Below are positions 1 through 9,055 of a stretch of DNA of 32,903 nucleotides, in pieces. The stretch is from Bacteroidota bacterium. Lineage in GTDB: Bacteria; Bacteroidota; Bacteroidia; Bacteroidales; VadinHA17. Location: the NCBI GenBank assembly GCA_030642585.1, contig DAOWNN010000001.1:1-32903 (forward strand), written 5' to 3'. Position 1 is the first letter of the stretch. Every line of letters begins with the position of its first letter. The notes below the pieces were generated by a model that was not told the origin of the DNA, did no database searches, and saw only the letters and a list, made by a program, of their open reading frames with translations. The translations under genes and the position numbers were made by a program.

Positions 1-624
1 ACCTTAGAGAAATTAATAAAAGATCATAATAACATTAAGCAGGGAATTATATCTAATGTTGGGCCAGAAGATGATAAGATCATGAGTTTCTTAAAACGAA
101 ATCTCACCAAATTGCTTATCCTTGATGCAACAACAGCTCTGCCTGTTAAAAATTTATACAAAACAAAACACACACTTGGGAAAGACCGGATTGCCGCTGC
201 TGTGGGTGGGTATTCGCTGTTTCCAGGGACTCATGTATTAATTATTGATGCAGGTACTGCCCTTACCTATGAATTGGTAACTTCCGGGGGGCAATATCTG
301 GGAGGGGGGATTTCTCCGGGATTAAAAATGCGCTTCAGCTCATTACATGAAAACACTGAAAGACTTCCTCTGGTTGAATCCAGGGAAAAATTCCAGCTTC
401 CGGCCAATACAACCAAAAGTGCTATTATTTCAGGGGTACAATCAGGCATAATATATGAGATAGACAGAATAATTAATGAGTTCAGAGAACAATTCAATCC
501 ACTGAAAATCGTTCTTACCGGAGGAGATTCTATTTTTTTTGAAAAAAAATTAAAAAATAGCATCTTTGTGGATTCAAACCTGGTGCTGAAAGGCCTAAAC
601 CAAATACTCGAATTTAATGCATAA
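1..624 (+). CDS. coaX: type III pantothenate kinase (CoaX), 5' end truncated by the window edge
   Basis: Frame 1 is open from nt 1 with no upstream stop, so the ATG at 82 is probably internal. Family-typical motifs are present: LIIDAGTALTYE, GGGISPGLKMRF and TERLP. About 208 aa are visible against roughly 250 aa expected. Confidence 0.85.
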   Translation, partial: TLEKLIKDHNNIKQGIISNVGPEDDKIMSFLKRNLTKLLILDATTALPVKNLYKTKHTLGKDRIAAAVGGYSLFPGTHVLIIDAGTALTYELVTSGGQYLGGGISPGLKMRFSSLHENTERLPLVESREKFQLPANTTKSAIISGVQSGIIYEIDRIINEFREQFNPLKIVLTGGDSIFFEKKLKNSIFVDSNLVLKGLNQILEFNA

Positions 625-1909
625 AACTCTCAGGATATTTTTTTTCCTTGCTCTTATTCTTTTTCCTGTAAAACAGGGGTTCTCACAAAGCTCATTTAAT
701 TCCCCTTATTCCAGTTTTGGACTAGGAGATCTTACTTTTAAAGGTTTTAGCAGGAACCGGGCAATGGGAGGAATCTCTTTGGGTCTCCGCAACGCAGATT
801 ATATTGATTTCTCAAATCCTGCCAGCTATTCTTCAAGAGACTCCTTATCTATGTTATTTGAATTTGGTGCCGCCATGCAAGCTTCACAGATTGCCACTGA
901 GGATAAAAGTGAAACTCCATGGGATATGAACTTCAGTCACCTCGCTTTCAGCTTTCCTGTACATAGAAAAGTAGCTGTGGGTGCAGGATTGATACCATTT
1001 AGTGTAATCAATTATAATTTTATTGATAACATAAGAGATGGGGATGATGACTATGACCCTGATATTGGGGAAATTGACTATATTTTCAGGGGAGAAGGTG
1101 GTATGAGTCAGATCTTCTTTGGTGCCAGCTATTCACTTGCCAGGAATTTATCTGTTGGCGTAAACACCAATTTTATATTTGGGAATGTTCTTTCTCTACA
1201 AACCATAAGCTTCCTTGAAGAAGTCAACAGCTTCAACCCAAAGATCCAGGAAGAGGATTTAATTTCCGGGTTTAATTTTGATATTGGGCTTCAATATTAT
1301 GCAGACCTTGGGAATGATTGGGAGTTTGTTGCAGGTGGGAAATACACAAAACAAAGTAAAGTCAATGTCAAAACAGAATTTCTTAAGACCAACGTCTTAT
1401 TACTCACCGGAACAAATGCCATTATTGATACATTGGACTTTTCAACTTCAACAAAAAGGAAAGAAGTTTTTCCATCAAATTATGGTATTGGGTTCAGTGT
1501 AAGTAAAGGAGAAAAATTTCTCATAGGAATGGATTATAAAGCTACTCAATGGGAAAACTCTAGTATACTTAACTCTGACTCGCTGGCAAACAGTAATTCT
1601 CTGCTACTCGGAATAGAATATACTCCAAGGCCAGGGAATTTTGATATTTACCCCCTGAGAATGCATTATCGTGTCGGGGCATATTATACCAACTCCTATC
1701 TGAAGGTACATGGAAATCAAATCAATGACTTTGGCATAACTTTTGGACTTGGTTTTCCTATAGGCCGAATAGGATCGTCATTTAACCTGGCTTTCGATTA
1801 TGGTAGAAGAGGATCAAAATTTGATAATCTTATCCTGGAAAACCATGGAATGTTTACTTTTAGCTTAAGTTTGTATGATATTTGGTTTAGAAAATTTAAA
1901 TACAACTAA
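617..1909 (+). CDS. signal-peptide-bearing putative outer-membrane beta-barrel protein, function unknown
   Basis: 430-aa ORF. The N-terminus MHKTLRIFFFLALILFPVKQGFSQ looks like a signal peptide. The mature part is rich in alternating aromatic/Gly/Ser/Asn beta-strand-like segments (SPYSSFGLGDL, GAYYTNSY, GITFGLGFPIG). It overlaps the coaX stop by 8 nt, which suggests an operon. The family was not identified by eye. Confidence 0.6.
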   Translation: MHKTLRIFFFLALILFPVKQGFSQSSFNSPYSSFGLGDLTFKGFSRNRAMGGISLGLRNADYIDFSNPASYSSRDSLSMLFEFGAAMQASQIATEDKSETPWDMNFSHLAFSFPVHRKVAVGAGLIPFSVINYNFIDNIRDGDDDYDPDIGEIDYIFRGEGGMSQIFFGASYSLARNLSVGVNTNFIFGNVLSLQTISFLEEVNSFNPKIQEEDLISGFNFDIGLQYYADLGNDWEFVAGGKYTKQSKVNVKTEFLKTNVLLLTGTNAIIDTLDFSTSTKRKEVFPSNYGIGFSVSKGEKFLIGMDYKATQWENSSILNSDSLANSNSLLLGIEYTPRPGNFDIYPLRMHYRVGAYYTNSYLKVHGNQINDFGITFGLGFPIGRIGSSFNLAFDYGRRGSKFDNLILENHGMFTFSLSLYDIWFRKFKYN

Positions 1910-1918
1910 ATAAAACTC

Positions 1919-3274
1919 TTGAAAATGAAAACTGCAAAATTCAGTTTAACAATAGTAATTCTCGCGCTGGCAGTATTTGCCGGGCACTCTCAAAAAGGCT
2001 TTGTAGATGGATCCAAGTATGGTCATGGTGAGGATTCTGTTCAATGTATTAGGAATTATTCACTTTACAGTGAATACTACAAACAAAAAAATTACGAAGA
2101 TGCTTTACCTTATTGGAGATTGGTTTTCAATGATTGCCCCAAGGCAAGCAAGAACATATACCAGCATGGGGCCAATATGTATAAATTTTATATTATTCAT
2201 GCAAGCAAAATTAATAATATGGAATTGAAGCATGCCCTGATAGATACTTTAATGCAGGTATATGATCAAAGAATTAAATGGTATCCTAAGGACAAAGGAA
2301 GGGTTCTGGGCTACAAGGCTGCAGACATTCTCAGGTTTAAGAAAAATGATCTGGTATGCATGAAAAAAGCCTATGTTTTTAGCGGCGAGTCTATGGATAT
2401 TCGCAAAAACAGCACTCCCAAATCAGTGATTAATACATACATGTATACAACATTATTCCTTTTTGATAACAATGATCTCACAGATTCAGAAGTTGTTGAA
2501 AATTATGCAAGAACTCAAGCAATCCTGGATGCCCAGCTTGCAAAAAGCCCCGATGATGAGGAGCTGGAAAATTTAAAAGCATCTATAAGCTCTAATTTTG
2601 CCAATAGTGGTGCGGCTTCATGCGAGGCTTTAATTAAATTATTCGCCCCACAATTCAAGGAAAGTCCAGGAGATGTTGATGTTTTAAAAAGGATAAGCTA
2701 TTGGCTCTACAATACAGGATGTAGAGAATCTAATCTGTATTTGAATGCAACCATTGCTCTAAACAATTTAGAACCCTCAGCAACACTTGCTTATCATATT
2801 GCTCAACTATATGTAAAGCAAAAAAACTATCAGGCTGCAGTTAAATTTTACAAGCAGGCTATTGATCAGGAAACCGAGTCGGCTGCCAGGTCAAAATACC
2901 TTGTTGAGATTGGGTACATTATTCAAAGTGAATATGGCGATCTGCCCCAGGCAAAAAGCTATGCCCTTAAAGCAATTAAAGCTGATCCAGGTTCAGGAAA
3001 GCCTTATTTACTTCTTGGTAATATCTATGCCGGTGCCAAAAATTACGGGCCTGATGATCTGTCCCATAAAGCTGTGTTCTGGGTTTCTGTAGATCAATAT
3101 ATAAAAGCAAAGCAGAAAGACCCGGCTTTGATTTCACTTGCGAATGATAGAATTAAGGCATATTCACAATATTTCCCTGATACTGAAATGGTTTTCTTCT
3201 TTGGCTTTAATGTTGGGGATCGCTATACACTTAATGGGTGGATCAATGAATCAACCATTGTAAGAACGAAATAA
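1919..3274 (+). CDS. secreted or lipid-anchored TPR-like repeat protein
   Basis: 451-aa ORF. The start is TTG at 1919, or ATG at 1925. Signal peptide: KTAKFSLTIVILALAVFAGHSQ. TPR-like helical repeats are present (AYHIAQLYVKQKNYQAAVKFYKQAI, YLLLGNIYAGAKNY). The gene ends with a tandem TAATAA stop. Confidence 0.6.
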   Translation: MKMKTAKFSLTIVILALAVFAGHSQKGFVDGSKYGHGEDSVQCIRNYSLYSEYYKQKNYEDALPYWRLVFNDCPKASKNIYQHGANMYKFYIIHASKINNMELKHALIDTLMQVYDQRIKWYPKDKGRVLGYKAADILRFKKNDLVCMKKAYVFSGESMDIRKNSTPKSVINTYMYTTLFLFDNNDLTDSEVVENYARTQAILDAQLAKSPDDEELENLKASISSNFANSGAASCEALIKLFAPQFKESPGDVDVLKRISYWLYNTGCRESNLYLNATIALNNLEPSATLAYHIAQLYVKQKNYQAAVKFYKQAIDQETESAARSKYLVEIGYIIQSEYGDLPQAKSYALKAIKADPGSGKPYLLLGNIYAGAKNYGPDDLSHKAVFWVSVDQYIKAKQKDPALISLANDRIKAYSQYFPDTEMVFFFGFNVGDRYTLNGWINESTIVRTK

Positions 3275-3424
3275 TAAAAACTGGCAATAATTAGAAACCT
3301 TTCTAAAATACCCGGGAGGAGTATAGTAGTTATCATAGCTATAACTGCTATACTCCTTTTTTCTTGTAAGAAAAACGACCTTGAAATTGTTTACGCGCTG
3401 ACTTTTAAGGATACTATTCCAACA

Positions 3425-3862
3425 ATGTCTATATGGGATCTTCAAACAATTTACACAGATTCAGGTAGAATTAAACTCAAAATTCAGGCTCCCATCGTAG
3501 AGCGTTACTCTGAGGAAATAAATAAGAAAATTTATTTCAGCCAGGGAATCCTGGTGCGTTTTTATAATAAGTATGGAGATGAAGAATCTTACATAAGCTC
3601 AAAATATGCCATTTATCATGAAGATGACAACTTATGGGAAGCATCCGACAGTGTTGTGGTGGTCAATTCTGATGGAGAAATTCTGAATACTGAACTATTA
3701 TTTTGGGATGAAAATACGGAAAAAATTTACTCATCCAAATTTGTCAAGATCACAACAGGGAATGATGTTATACATGGAGAAGGGTTTGAAGCTGACCAGA
3801 CATTTCCTACATGGAATATCAAAAAAATGACAGGAACTATCTTTCACACCGATCAGCCATAA
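3425..3862 (+). CDS. lptC: LPS export system protein LptC (minimal ATG-defined ORF; the true start is probably near 3281-3290)
   Basis: The sequence YTDSGRIKLKIQAPIVERY followed by beta-rich LptC/OstA-like sequence is typical of LptC. The in-frame upstream sequence (3278-3424) encodes KLAIIRNLSKIPGRSIVVIIAITAILLFSCKKND, a typical lipoprotein signal peptide and lipobox, but contains no ATG, GTG or TTG. Confidence 0.7.
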   Translation: MSIWDLQTIYTDSGRIKLKIQAPIVERYSEEINKKIYFSQGILVRFYNKYGDEESYISSKYAIYHEDDNLWEASDSVVVVNSDGEILNTELLFWDENTEKIYSSKFVKITTGNDVIHGEGFEADQTFPTWNIKKMTGTIFHTDQP

Positions 3863-3930
3863 TTCCAATTTTTATTCTATTTTTACCTGATAAATCCAAT
3901 CCGGTCACCTTAAGTATTTCAAATAAAAAT

Positions 3931-4146
3931 ATGGAAGAAAACGACACATATGCAAGAAAGTCCGGGAAATTTCAGAAGTTCATGGAATGGATTTGGTTAT
4001 TTATAGCATTTATAAGCCTGGGAACCTGGATATATTCATTACAAAAGGAGGGGGAAACTGATTCCAACATGCTTTTAATTATTTCTGCTGTATCTTTCCT
4101 TATGTACTTTTTGAGAAGATATCTTGATAAAAAGAAAAAATCTTGA
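3931..4146 (+). CDS. small two-helix membrane protein (71 aa), function unknown
   Basis: The internal ATG at 3931 of the 3811-4146 ORF avoids overlap with lptC. Two hydrophobic helices are visible (WIWLFIAFISLGTWIY and LLIISAVSFLMYF), followed by a basic tail KKKKS. The stop overlaps the TTG start of the next gene. Confidence 0.4.
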   Translation: MEENDTYARKSGKFQKFMEWIWLFIAFISLGTWIYSLQKEGETDSNMLLIISAVSFLMYFLRRYLDKKKKS

Positions 4147-5522
4147 AGCAACTGGAACAAATAACTACGGCATTTAGCGATTTTATGTGGGGAACTCCCC
4201 TGGTCATACTATTGATTGGAGGGGGATTATTCTTTTTATTATACTCCAGGCTCCTCCCGTTCAGATACTTCCGCCATGCTATAAATATTATACGTGGCAA
4301 ATATGATGATCCCGATGAGCCAGGGCAAATCAACCATTTTCAGGCTTTTTCCACAGCTCTTTCTGCAACCGTTGGTATGGGAAATGTAAGTGGAGTTGCA
4401 GTGGCCATTGCCACAGGCGGGCCCGGGGCAATTTTCTGGATGTGGGTAAGTGCTTTCTTTGGAATTACCACCAAATTTTTTACTTGCACACTGGCAGTAA
4501 TGTATCGTGGTCGCGACAGTACCGGAGCTTTGCAGGGAGGACCAATGTATGTGATCACTGAAGGTTTAGGTAAAAACTGGAAGCCTCTGGCAATCTTATT
4601 TTCCCTTGCAGGCATGATCGGAGTTCTCCCTGTATTCCAGATTAATCAATATACACAGGCCCTCAGGGATATTGTACTTGTCGACATGGGAATTACAGGA
4701 TCCTTTTCTACCAATTTAGTAACAGGTATCATTATTGCATCCGTTGCCTCACTGGTAATTTTTGGAGGAATAAAAAGAATTGGAATGGTGGCAGGCAAAC
4801 TGGTTCCATTTATGGCTGTTCTTTATGTAATTGCTGTAATGATAATTCTCTTTTCATATTCAAATGAGATCATTCCCGGGTTTAAACTTATTTTCACCGA
4901 TGCTTTTTCAGGAAAAGCTGTTCTGGGTGGTGCCCTTGGTCAAATAATCATAATCGGGATCAAGAGAGGCTCCTTTTCAAATGAAGCCGGTATTGGCACT
5001 GCACCTATGGCCCATGGTGCAGCAAAAACCAGCGAACCTGTGAGGGAGGGACTGGTTGCAATGATAGAACCTATAGTTGATACCATGATAATCTGTACTA
5101 TGACTGCACTTGCAATTATTGTAACCGGCGTGTGGAAGGATCCTGATTCAAATGGAATTACACTTACACTTAAGGCATTCGAAATTGGGATCCCGGGAAT
5201 TGGGCATTACGTTTTGATTTTGTGCATTACTTTCTTTGCAATGTCATCTCTATTTGCTTTCCCCTATTATGGAACCAAGTCATTTGGGTTTTTATTTGGT
5301 GCCGAAAAGCAATATCTCTACAACTATTTCTATGTCGCCTCAATCATTATGGGAGCTACAGCATCCTTAAGTGTTATCATCAATTTAATTGATGGAGTGT
5401 ATGCTATAATGGCCATTCCCACCATGATCTCTGCTATATTGCTAGCTCCTAAGGTAAGAAAGGCCTCCCTTGATTACTTTGGGAGGCTCAGGAGAAATGA
5501 ATTTTCGGAGACTCATTCATAA
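4143..5522 (+). CDS. alanine/glycine:cation symporter (AGCS family)
   Basis: 459 aa and multi-pass hydrophobic. The N-terminal signature is FMWGTPLVILLIGGGLFF, followed by FQAFSTALSATVGMGNVSGVAVAIATGGPGAIFWMW, which is characteristic of sodium:alanine symporters. TTG start at 4143. Confidence 0.85.
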   Translation: MKQLEQITTAFSDFMWGTPLVILLIGGGLFFLLYSRLLPFRYFRHAINIIRGKYDDPDEPGQINHFQAFSTALSATVGMGNVSGVAVAIATGGPGAIFWMWVSAFFGITTKFFTCTLAVMYRGRDSTGALQGGPMYVITEGLGKNWKPLAILFSLAGMIGVLPVFQINQYTQALRDIVLVDMGITGSFSTNLVTGIIIASVASLVIFGGIKRIGMVAGKLVPFMAVLYVIAVMIILFSYSNEIIPGFKLIFTDAFSGKAVLGGALGQIIIIGIKRGSFSNEAGIGTAPMAHGAAKTSEPVREGLVAMIEPIVDTMIICTMTALAIIVTGVWKDPDSNGITLTLKAFEIGIPGIGHYVLILCITFFAMSSLFAFPYYGTKSFGFLFGAEKQYLYNYFYVASIIMGATASLSVIINLIDGVYAIMAIPTMISAILLAPKVRKASLDYFGRLRRNEFSETHS

Positions 5523-5534
5523 TATAAACTTACA

Positions 5535-6797
5535 ATGAGCTACTTTTTAGCCATTTTCATAAGTTTGCTTTTATCAGCATTTTTTTCAGGTATGGAGATT
5601 GCTTTTGTATCCTCCAATAAGCTTCGTCTGGAATTAAGCAAAAAAAAAGAAGGTTTCACTTCCCATATCCTTTCTATATATACTGAAAACCCAGGGCAAT
5701 ACATTGTTACTATGTTAATCGGAAATAACATAGCCCTGGTTATTTATGGTATTATAATGGCAATGATTCTTGAACCGGTAATCAGTACCATCACCAATTC
5801 TGACACCTCTATTCTGGCCATTCAAACCATTTTATCAACTTTACTTATCCTGGTAGTTGCCGAATTTATTCCCAAAACTATTTTCAGAATCAATGCAAAT
5901 GGTCTTCTGAAAATATTCAGTATACCTATTTTTTTGTTTTATATTATCTTTTACCCAATTAGCAAATTTACCATATGGTTGTCCCGAATTATTCTAAAGG
6001 TATTCATGAGGATTAAATTAACTGAAAAGTCTGATAACCGGGTATTTGGGAAACCCGACCTGGATTACCTTGTAAGTGAAGCCCAGGAAGATATAAACCA
6101 GGATCAAAAGGAAGACCCCAATTTAAAAATATTTCAGAATGCGCTGGATTTATCCAATGTGAAACTCAGGGAATGTATGATCCCCCGTACTGAACTTGTT
6201 GCACTTAAGGAGACAACGAGCGTAGAAGAACTAAGACAGATTTTCATTGATTCGGGCTTATCTAAAATTTTAATTTTCAAAAAATCAATCGATAATATTA
6301 TCGGATATGTAAATATGAAAGACCTTTTTGGAAAGGTTACAAATATTAAACCATATATCGTTCCTATAGAAATTGTACCTGAATCCATGCATGCCAACAA
6401 ACTCTTAAAAATGTTTGTGGATGAAAAAACGAAAATTGCCCTGGTTGTTGATGAATTTGGAGGAACTTCAGGGATAGTAACTATAGAGGATATACTGGAA
6501 GAAATATTTGGTGAAATCACAGATGAGCACGATACTATAGAACTTGTAGAAAAAACTATTCACGAAAATGAATTTATCTTTTCGGGAAGACTGGAAATTG
6601 ACTACCTGAATGAAAAATATAAATTAAAGCTTCCAAAAAAAGATGACTTTGAAACTCTGGCCGGACTAATTTTCTATCACTACGAAAGCATTCCTAAACT
6701 GAATCATCATATTGACATTGGCTTATACAGTTTCAAAGTTTTAAAGGTCAGTGAAACCAGAATTGAATTAGTCCAACTAAACATTCCTGATCACTGA
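5535..6797 (+). CDS. DUF21/CNNM-CBS-CorC_HlyC family membrane protein (hemolysin-C/GldE-like)
   Basis: 420 aa. It has four N-terminal TM helices (the DUF21 pattern FFSGMEIAFVSSNKLRLE), a central CBS pair (ECMIPRTELVAL and IALVVDEFGGTSGIVTIEDILEEIFGEI) and a C-terminal CorC-like domain. Confidence 0.8.
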   Translation: MSYFLAIFISLLLSAFFSGMEIAFVSSNKLRLELSKKKEGFTSHILSIYTENPGQYIVTMLIGNNIALVIYGIIMAMILEPVISTITNSDTSILAIQTILSTLLILVVAEFIPKTIFRINANGLLKIFSIPIFLFYIIFYPISKFTIWLSRIILKVFMRIKLTEKSDNRVFGKPDLDYLVSEAQEDINQDQKEDPNLKIFQNALDLSNVKLRECMIPRTELVALKETTSVEELRQIFIDSGLSKILIFKKSIDNIIGYVNMKDLFGKVTNIKPYIVPIEIVPESMHANKLLKMFVDEKTKIALVVDEFGGTSGIVTIEDILEEIFGEITDEHDTIELVEKTIHENEFIFSGRLEIDYLNEKYKLKLPKKDDFETLAGLIFYHYESIPKLNHHIDIGLYSFKVLKVSETRIELVQLNIPDH

Positions 6798-6882
6798 TAA
6801 ACAAAAAAGCACCATCTTATTCTAAAGTCACATAAGTTTTTGAAAAAATAATTGAAGAAGCTTTAAGGTGCCGCATTTTTCT

Positions 6883-6890
6883 TATATTTG
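6883..6890 (+). promoter_or_regulatory. Bacteroidota-type -7 promoter element (TAnnTTTG) upstream of the PpiD-like gene
   Basis: TATATTTG is an exact match to the TAnnTTTG consensus. It lies 41 nt upstream of the ATG at 6932, inside a 134-nt intergenic gap. Confidence 0.4.
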
Positions 6891-6931
6891 CACCCTGAAT
6901 TTTCGTTTCAACCAATAACAAATCATCATTC

Positions 6932-9055
6932 ATGGCAACATTACAAACTATAAGGGATAGGGCAGGATTACTCATCGCAATAATTATTGGACTGGCAATT
7001 CTCGCCTTTGTGCTTGGAGATTTTCTGGGGGGTGGAAACTCACAAGCTATGGGGATGAAAAAGAAACAGGAAATTGCTGAAATCGCAAATCAATCTGTTT
7101 CTTACCTGGAGTATGACAAAAGAATAAGCGATCTTATTGAGATTTATAAACTGTCAGGAAATACCAGCCTGGATGAGCAAACATCATTAAGTATCCGACA
7201 ACAAACCTGGGATCAAATGATCAGAGAATTTGTTATGTCAGGTGAATATAAAAAACTTGGGCTGGCGGTAAGTTCTGAAGAGCTTTTTGACCTGATACAG
7301 GGTGAAAATCCTCATCAATATGTTCGCCAATTATTTACCGATCAGCAATCTGGATATTTTGACAGGGGATCTTTGATTCGATTCCTTAAAAATATGGAAA
7401 GTGATCCTACAGGCAATCAAAAGAAATATTGGATGTTCATGGAAAATCAAATTGACGATGAGCAAATGTTTAACAAATACCTGTCACTAATTCAAAAAGG
7501 CTTGTATGTAAATTCAAACCAGGTCAGTAGCAGCCTGAGTAATAGCAACAAACAAGTTGATTTTAGATATATTGTTCAGAGATATTCAAGTATATCCGAT
7601 ACCATTATTAACATTAAGGAAGATGAATTAAAAAAGTATTATAACAAACATCAGGAAAATTATAAACAAACTGCTTCGAGGAATATTGAGTTTGTAAGCT
7701 TCGAAGTAAAGCCCTCGGATAATGATATAAAAAGTACTGAAGACTGGATTAATGATATTAAAACTGAATTTGAAAGCACTTCGGTTATCCCTCAGTTTGT
7801 AAATGCAAATTCTGACCTTCCTTATGATTTCAGGAACTTCAAGCAAGGAGAATTACCAGGTGTAATCAATGATTTTATGTTTGAAAATGAAGAGGGTGCA
7901 AGCTTTGGTCCCTATTTTGAAAATGAAAGCTATAAGCTGGCCCGACTAAGTAAAATTTATTATTTACCAGATTCTGTCCATGCAAGGCATATTCTAATTA
8001 GTCCCTCCCCTGAAAGATCACCAGAGGCTGCTTCTCAAATGGCTGATAGCCTAAAAGGATTGTTAGAGACGGGCACTGATTTTGCCATATTGGCTTTAAT
8101 GAATTCTGAGGATCAGGGAAGTGCTCAATTGGGAGGAGACCTGGGATGGTTCAATGAAGGATCAATGGTTCAGCCATTTAATGACGCCTGCTTTCAAGGA
8201 AATAAAGGGGAAATCCTTATAACGGAATCACAGTTTGGCTGGCACATAATTGAAATACTGGAACAGGGTCCAAAAGTCAAAAAAGTACAAGTTGGAATTA
8301 TTACAAGGGCAATACAAGCCAGCACAGCAACCTATGAACTGGTATATTCTGAAGCAAGCCGTTTTGCAGGTATGAATGATACTTATGAAAAATTTATTAC
8401 CTCTATTGAAGAAGAAGGATTGAACAAAAGAATCGCAAATGATATTAAGGAGGATGATCGTCAAATTCCAGGACTTGAATCACCCCGGGAATTAATTCGT
8501 TCTATGTATCAGGCAGAACTTAACAACATTATTCTTGATTTTAACAAACAAGCTGTTTTTGAATTGGAAAATATTTTTGTAGTCGCCTATTTAACTGATG
8601 TAAAAGAAGAAGGAGTAGCTCCTCTTGACCAGGTAAAAACCGATGTTGAGTTTAATGTTAGAAATGAGAAAAAGGCGGTGGAATTAATACAGTCCATGGA
8701 GAATAGCATGGCTGGAATATCAAGTATTGAAGATCTTGCAGAAATCCTTAACACCCGTGTTGAGGATGTAAGTGGAATTAATTTTAACTCCTTCTCTATA
8801 CCTGGTGCAGGCATTGAACCTGCATTGATCGGCACGGTTGTTAGTCTGTCTGAGAATACTATTTCCAAGCCAATTGAAGGTCTGAATGGTGTTTATGTTG
8901 TGGTTGTTACAAGCATAACTGAAAACACCGATCTTAATGAAACATTCCAAAAAAATTCTTTGATCAGCAATTTCAAGAACAGGGTTAATTTCGAGGTATA
9001 TAATGCTCTGCTTGAAAATGCCAATGTTGTAGATAAAAGATCGAAATTCTATTAA
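6932..9055 (+). CDS. periplasmic chaperone / peptidyl-prolyl isomerase, PpiD-like (parvulin domain)
   Basis: 707 aa. It has an N-terminal TM anchor (LLIAIIIGLAILAFVLGDFL) and a SurA-N-like region. The parvulin motifs HARHILI, GGDLGWF and FGWHIIE are present. Confidence 0.8.
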   Translation: MATLQTIRDRAGLLIAIIIGLAILAFVLGDFLGGGNSQAMGMKKKQEIAEIANQSVSYLEYDKRISDLIEIYKLSGNTSLDEQTSLSIRQQTWDQMIREFVMSGEYKKLGLAVSSEELFDLIQGENPHQYVRQLFTDQQSGYFDRGSLIRFLKNMESDPTGNQKKYWMFMENQIDDEQMFNKYLSLIQKGLYVNSNQVSSSLSNSNKQVDFRYIVQRYSSISDTIINIKEDELKKYYNKHQENYKQTASRNIEFVSFEVKPSDNDIKSTEDWINDIKTEFESTSVIPQFVNANSDLPYDFRNFKQGELPGVINDFMFENEEGASFGPYFENESYKLARLSKIYYLPDSVHARHILISPSPERSPEAASQMADSLKGLLETGTDFAILALMNSEDQGSAQLGGDLGWFNEGSMVQPFNDACFQGNKGEILITESQFGWHIIEILEQGPKVKKVQVGIITRAIQASTATYELVYSEASRFAGMNDTYEKFITSIEEEGLNKRIANDIKEDDRQIPGLESPRELIRSMYQAELNNIILDFNKQAVFELENIFVVAYLTDVKEEGVAPLDQVKTDVEFNVRNEKKAVELIQSMENSMAGISSIEDLAEILNTRVEDVSGINFNSFSIPGAGIEPALIGTVVSLSENTISKPIEGLNGVYVVVVTSITENTDLNETFQKNSLISNFKNRVNFEVYNALLENANVVDKRSKFY

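Noticed and set aside
3811-3930. Upstream part of the 111-aa ORF that overlaps the 3' end of lptC
   Set aside because: It overlaps lptC by 52 nt in another frame. The ATG at 3931 gives a clean two-helix protein with no overlap, so the upstream 40 codons are probably not translated.
3863-4142. Possible glycine riboswitch upstream of the alanine/glycine symporter
   Set aside because: I found no GGAGAG...CACCGAAGGGGCAA-like cores or paired aptamer architecture. The region is AT-rich and is better explained by the small membrane ORF.
5640-5648. A9 homopolymer inside the GldE-like gene and T9 at 17741-17749 inside murD, considered as phase-variable tracts
   Set aside because: Both genes are intact and in frame, and murD is essential. 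Runs of A or T this long are expected in such AT-rich DNA.
6134-6520. 128-aa - strand ORF antisense to the CBS/CorC region of the GldE-like gene
   Set aside because: It is a Ser/Ile-rich, low-complexity shadow of a well-supported CDS.
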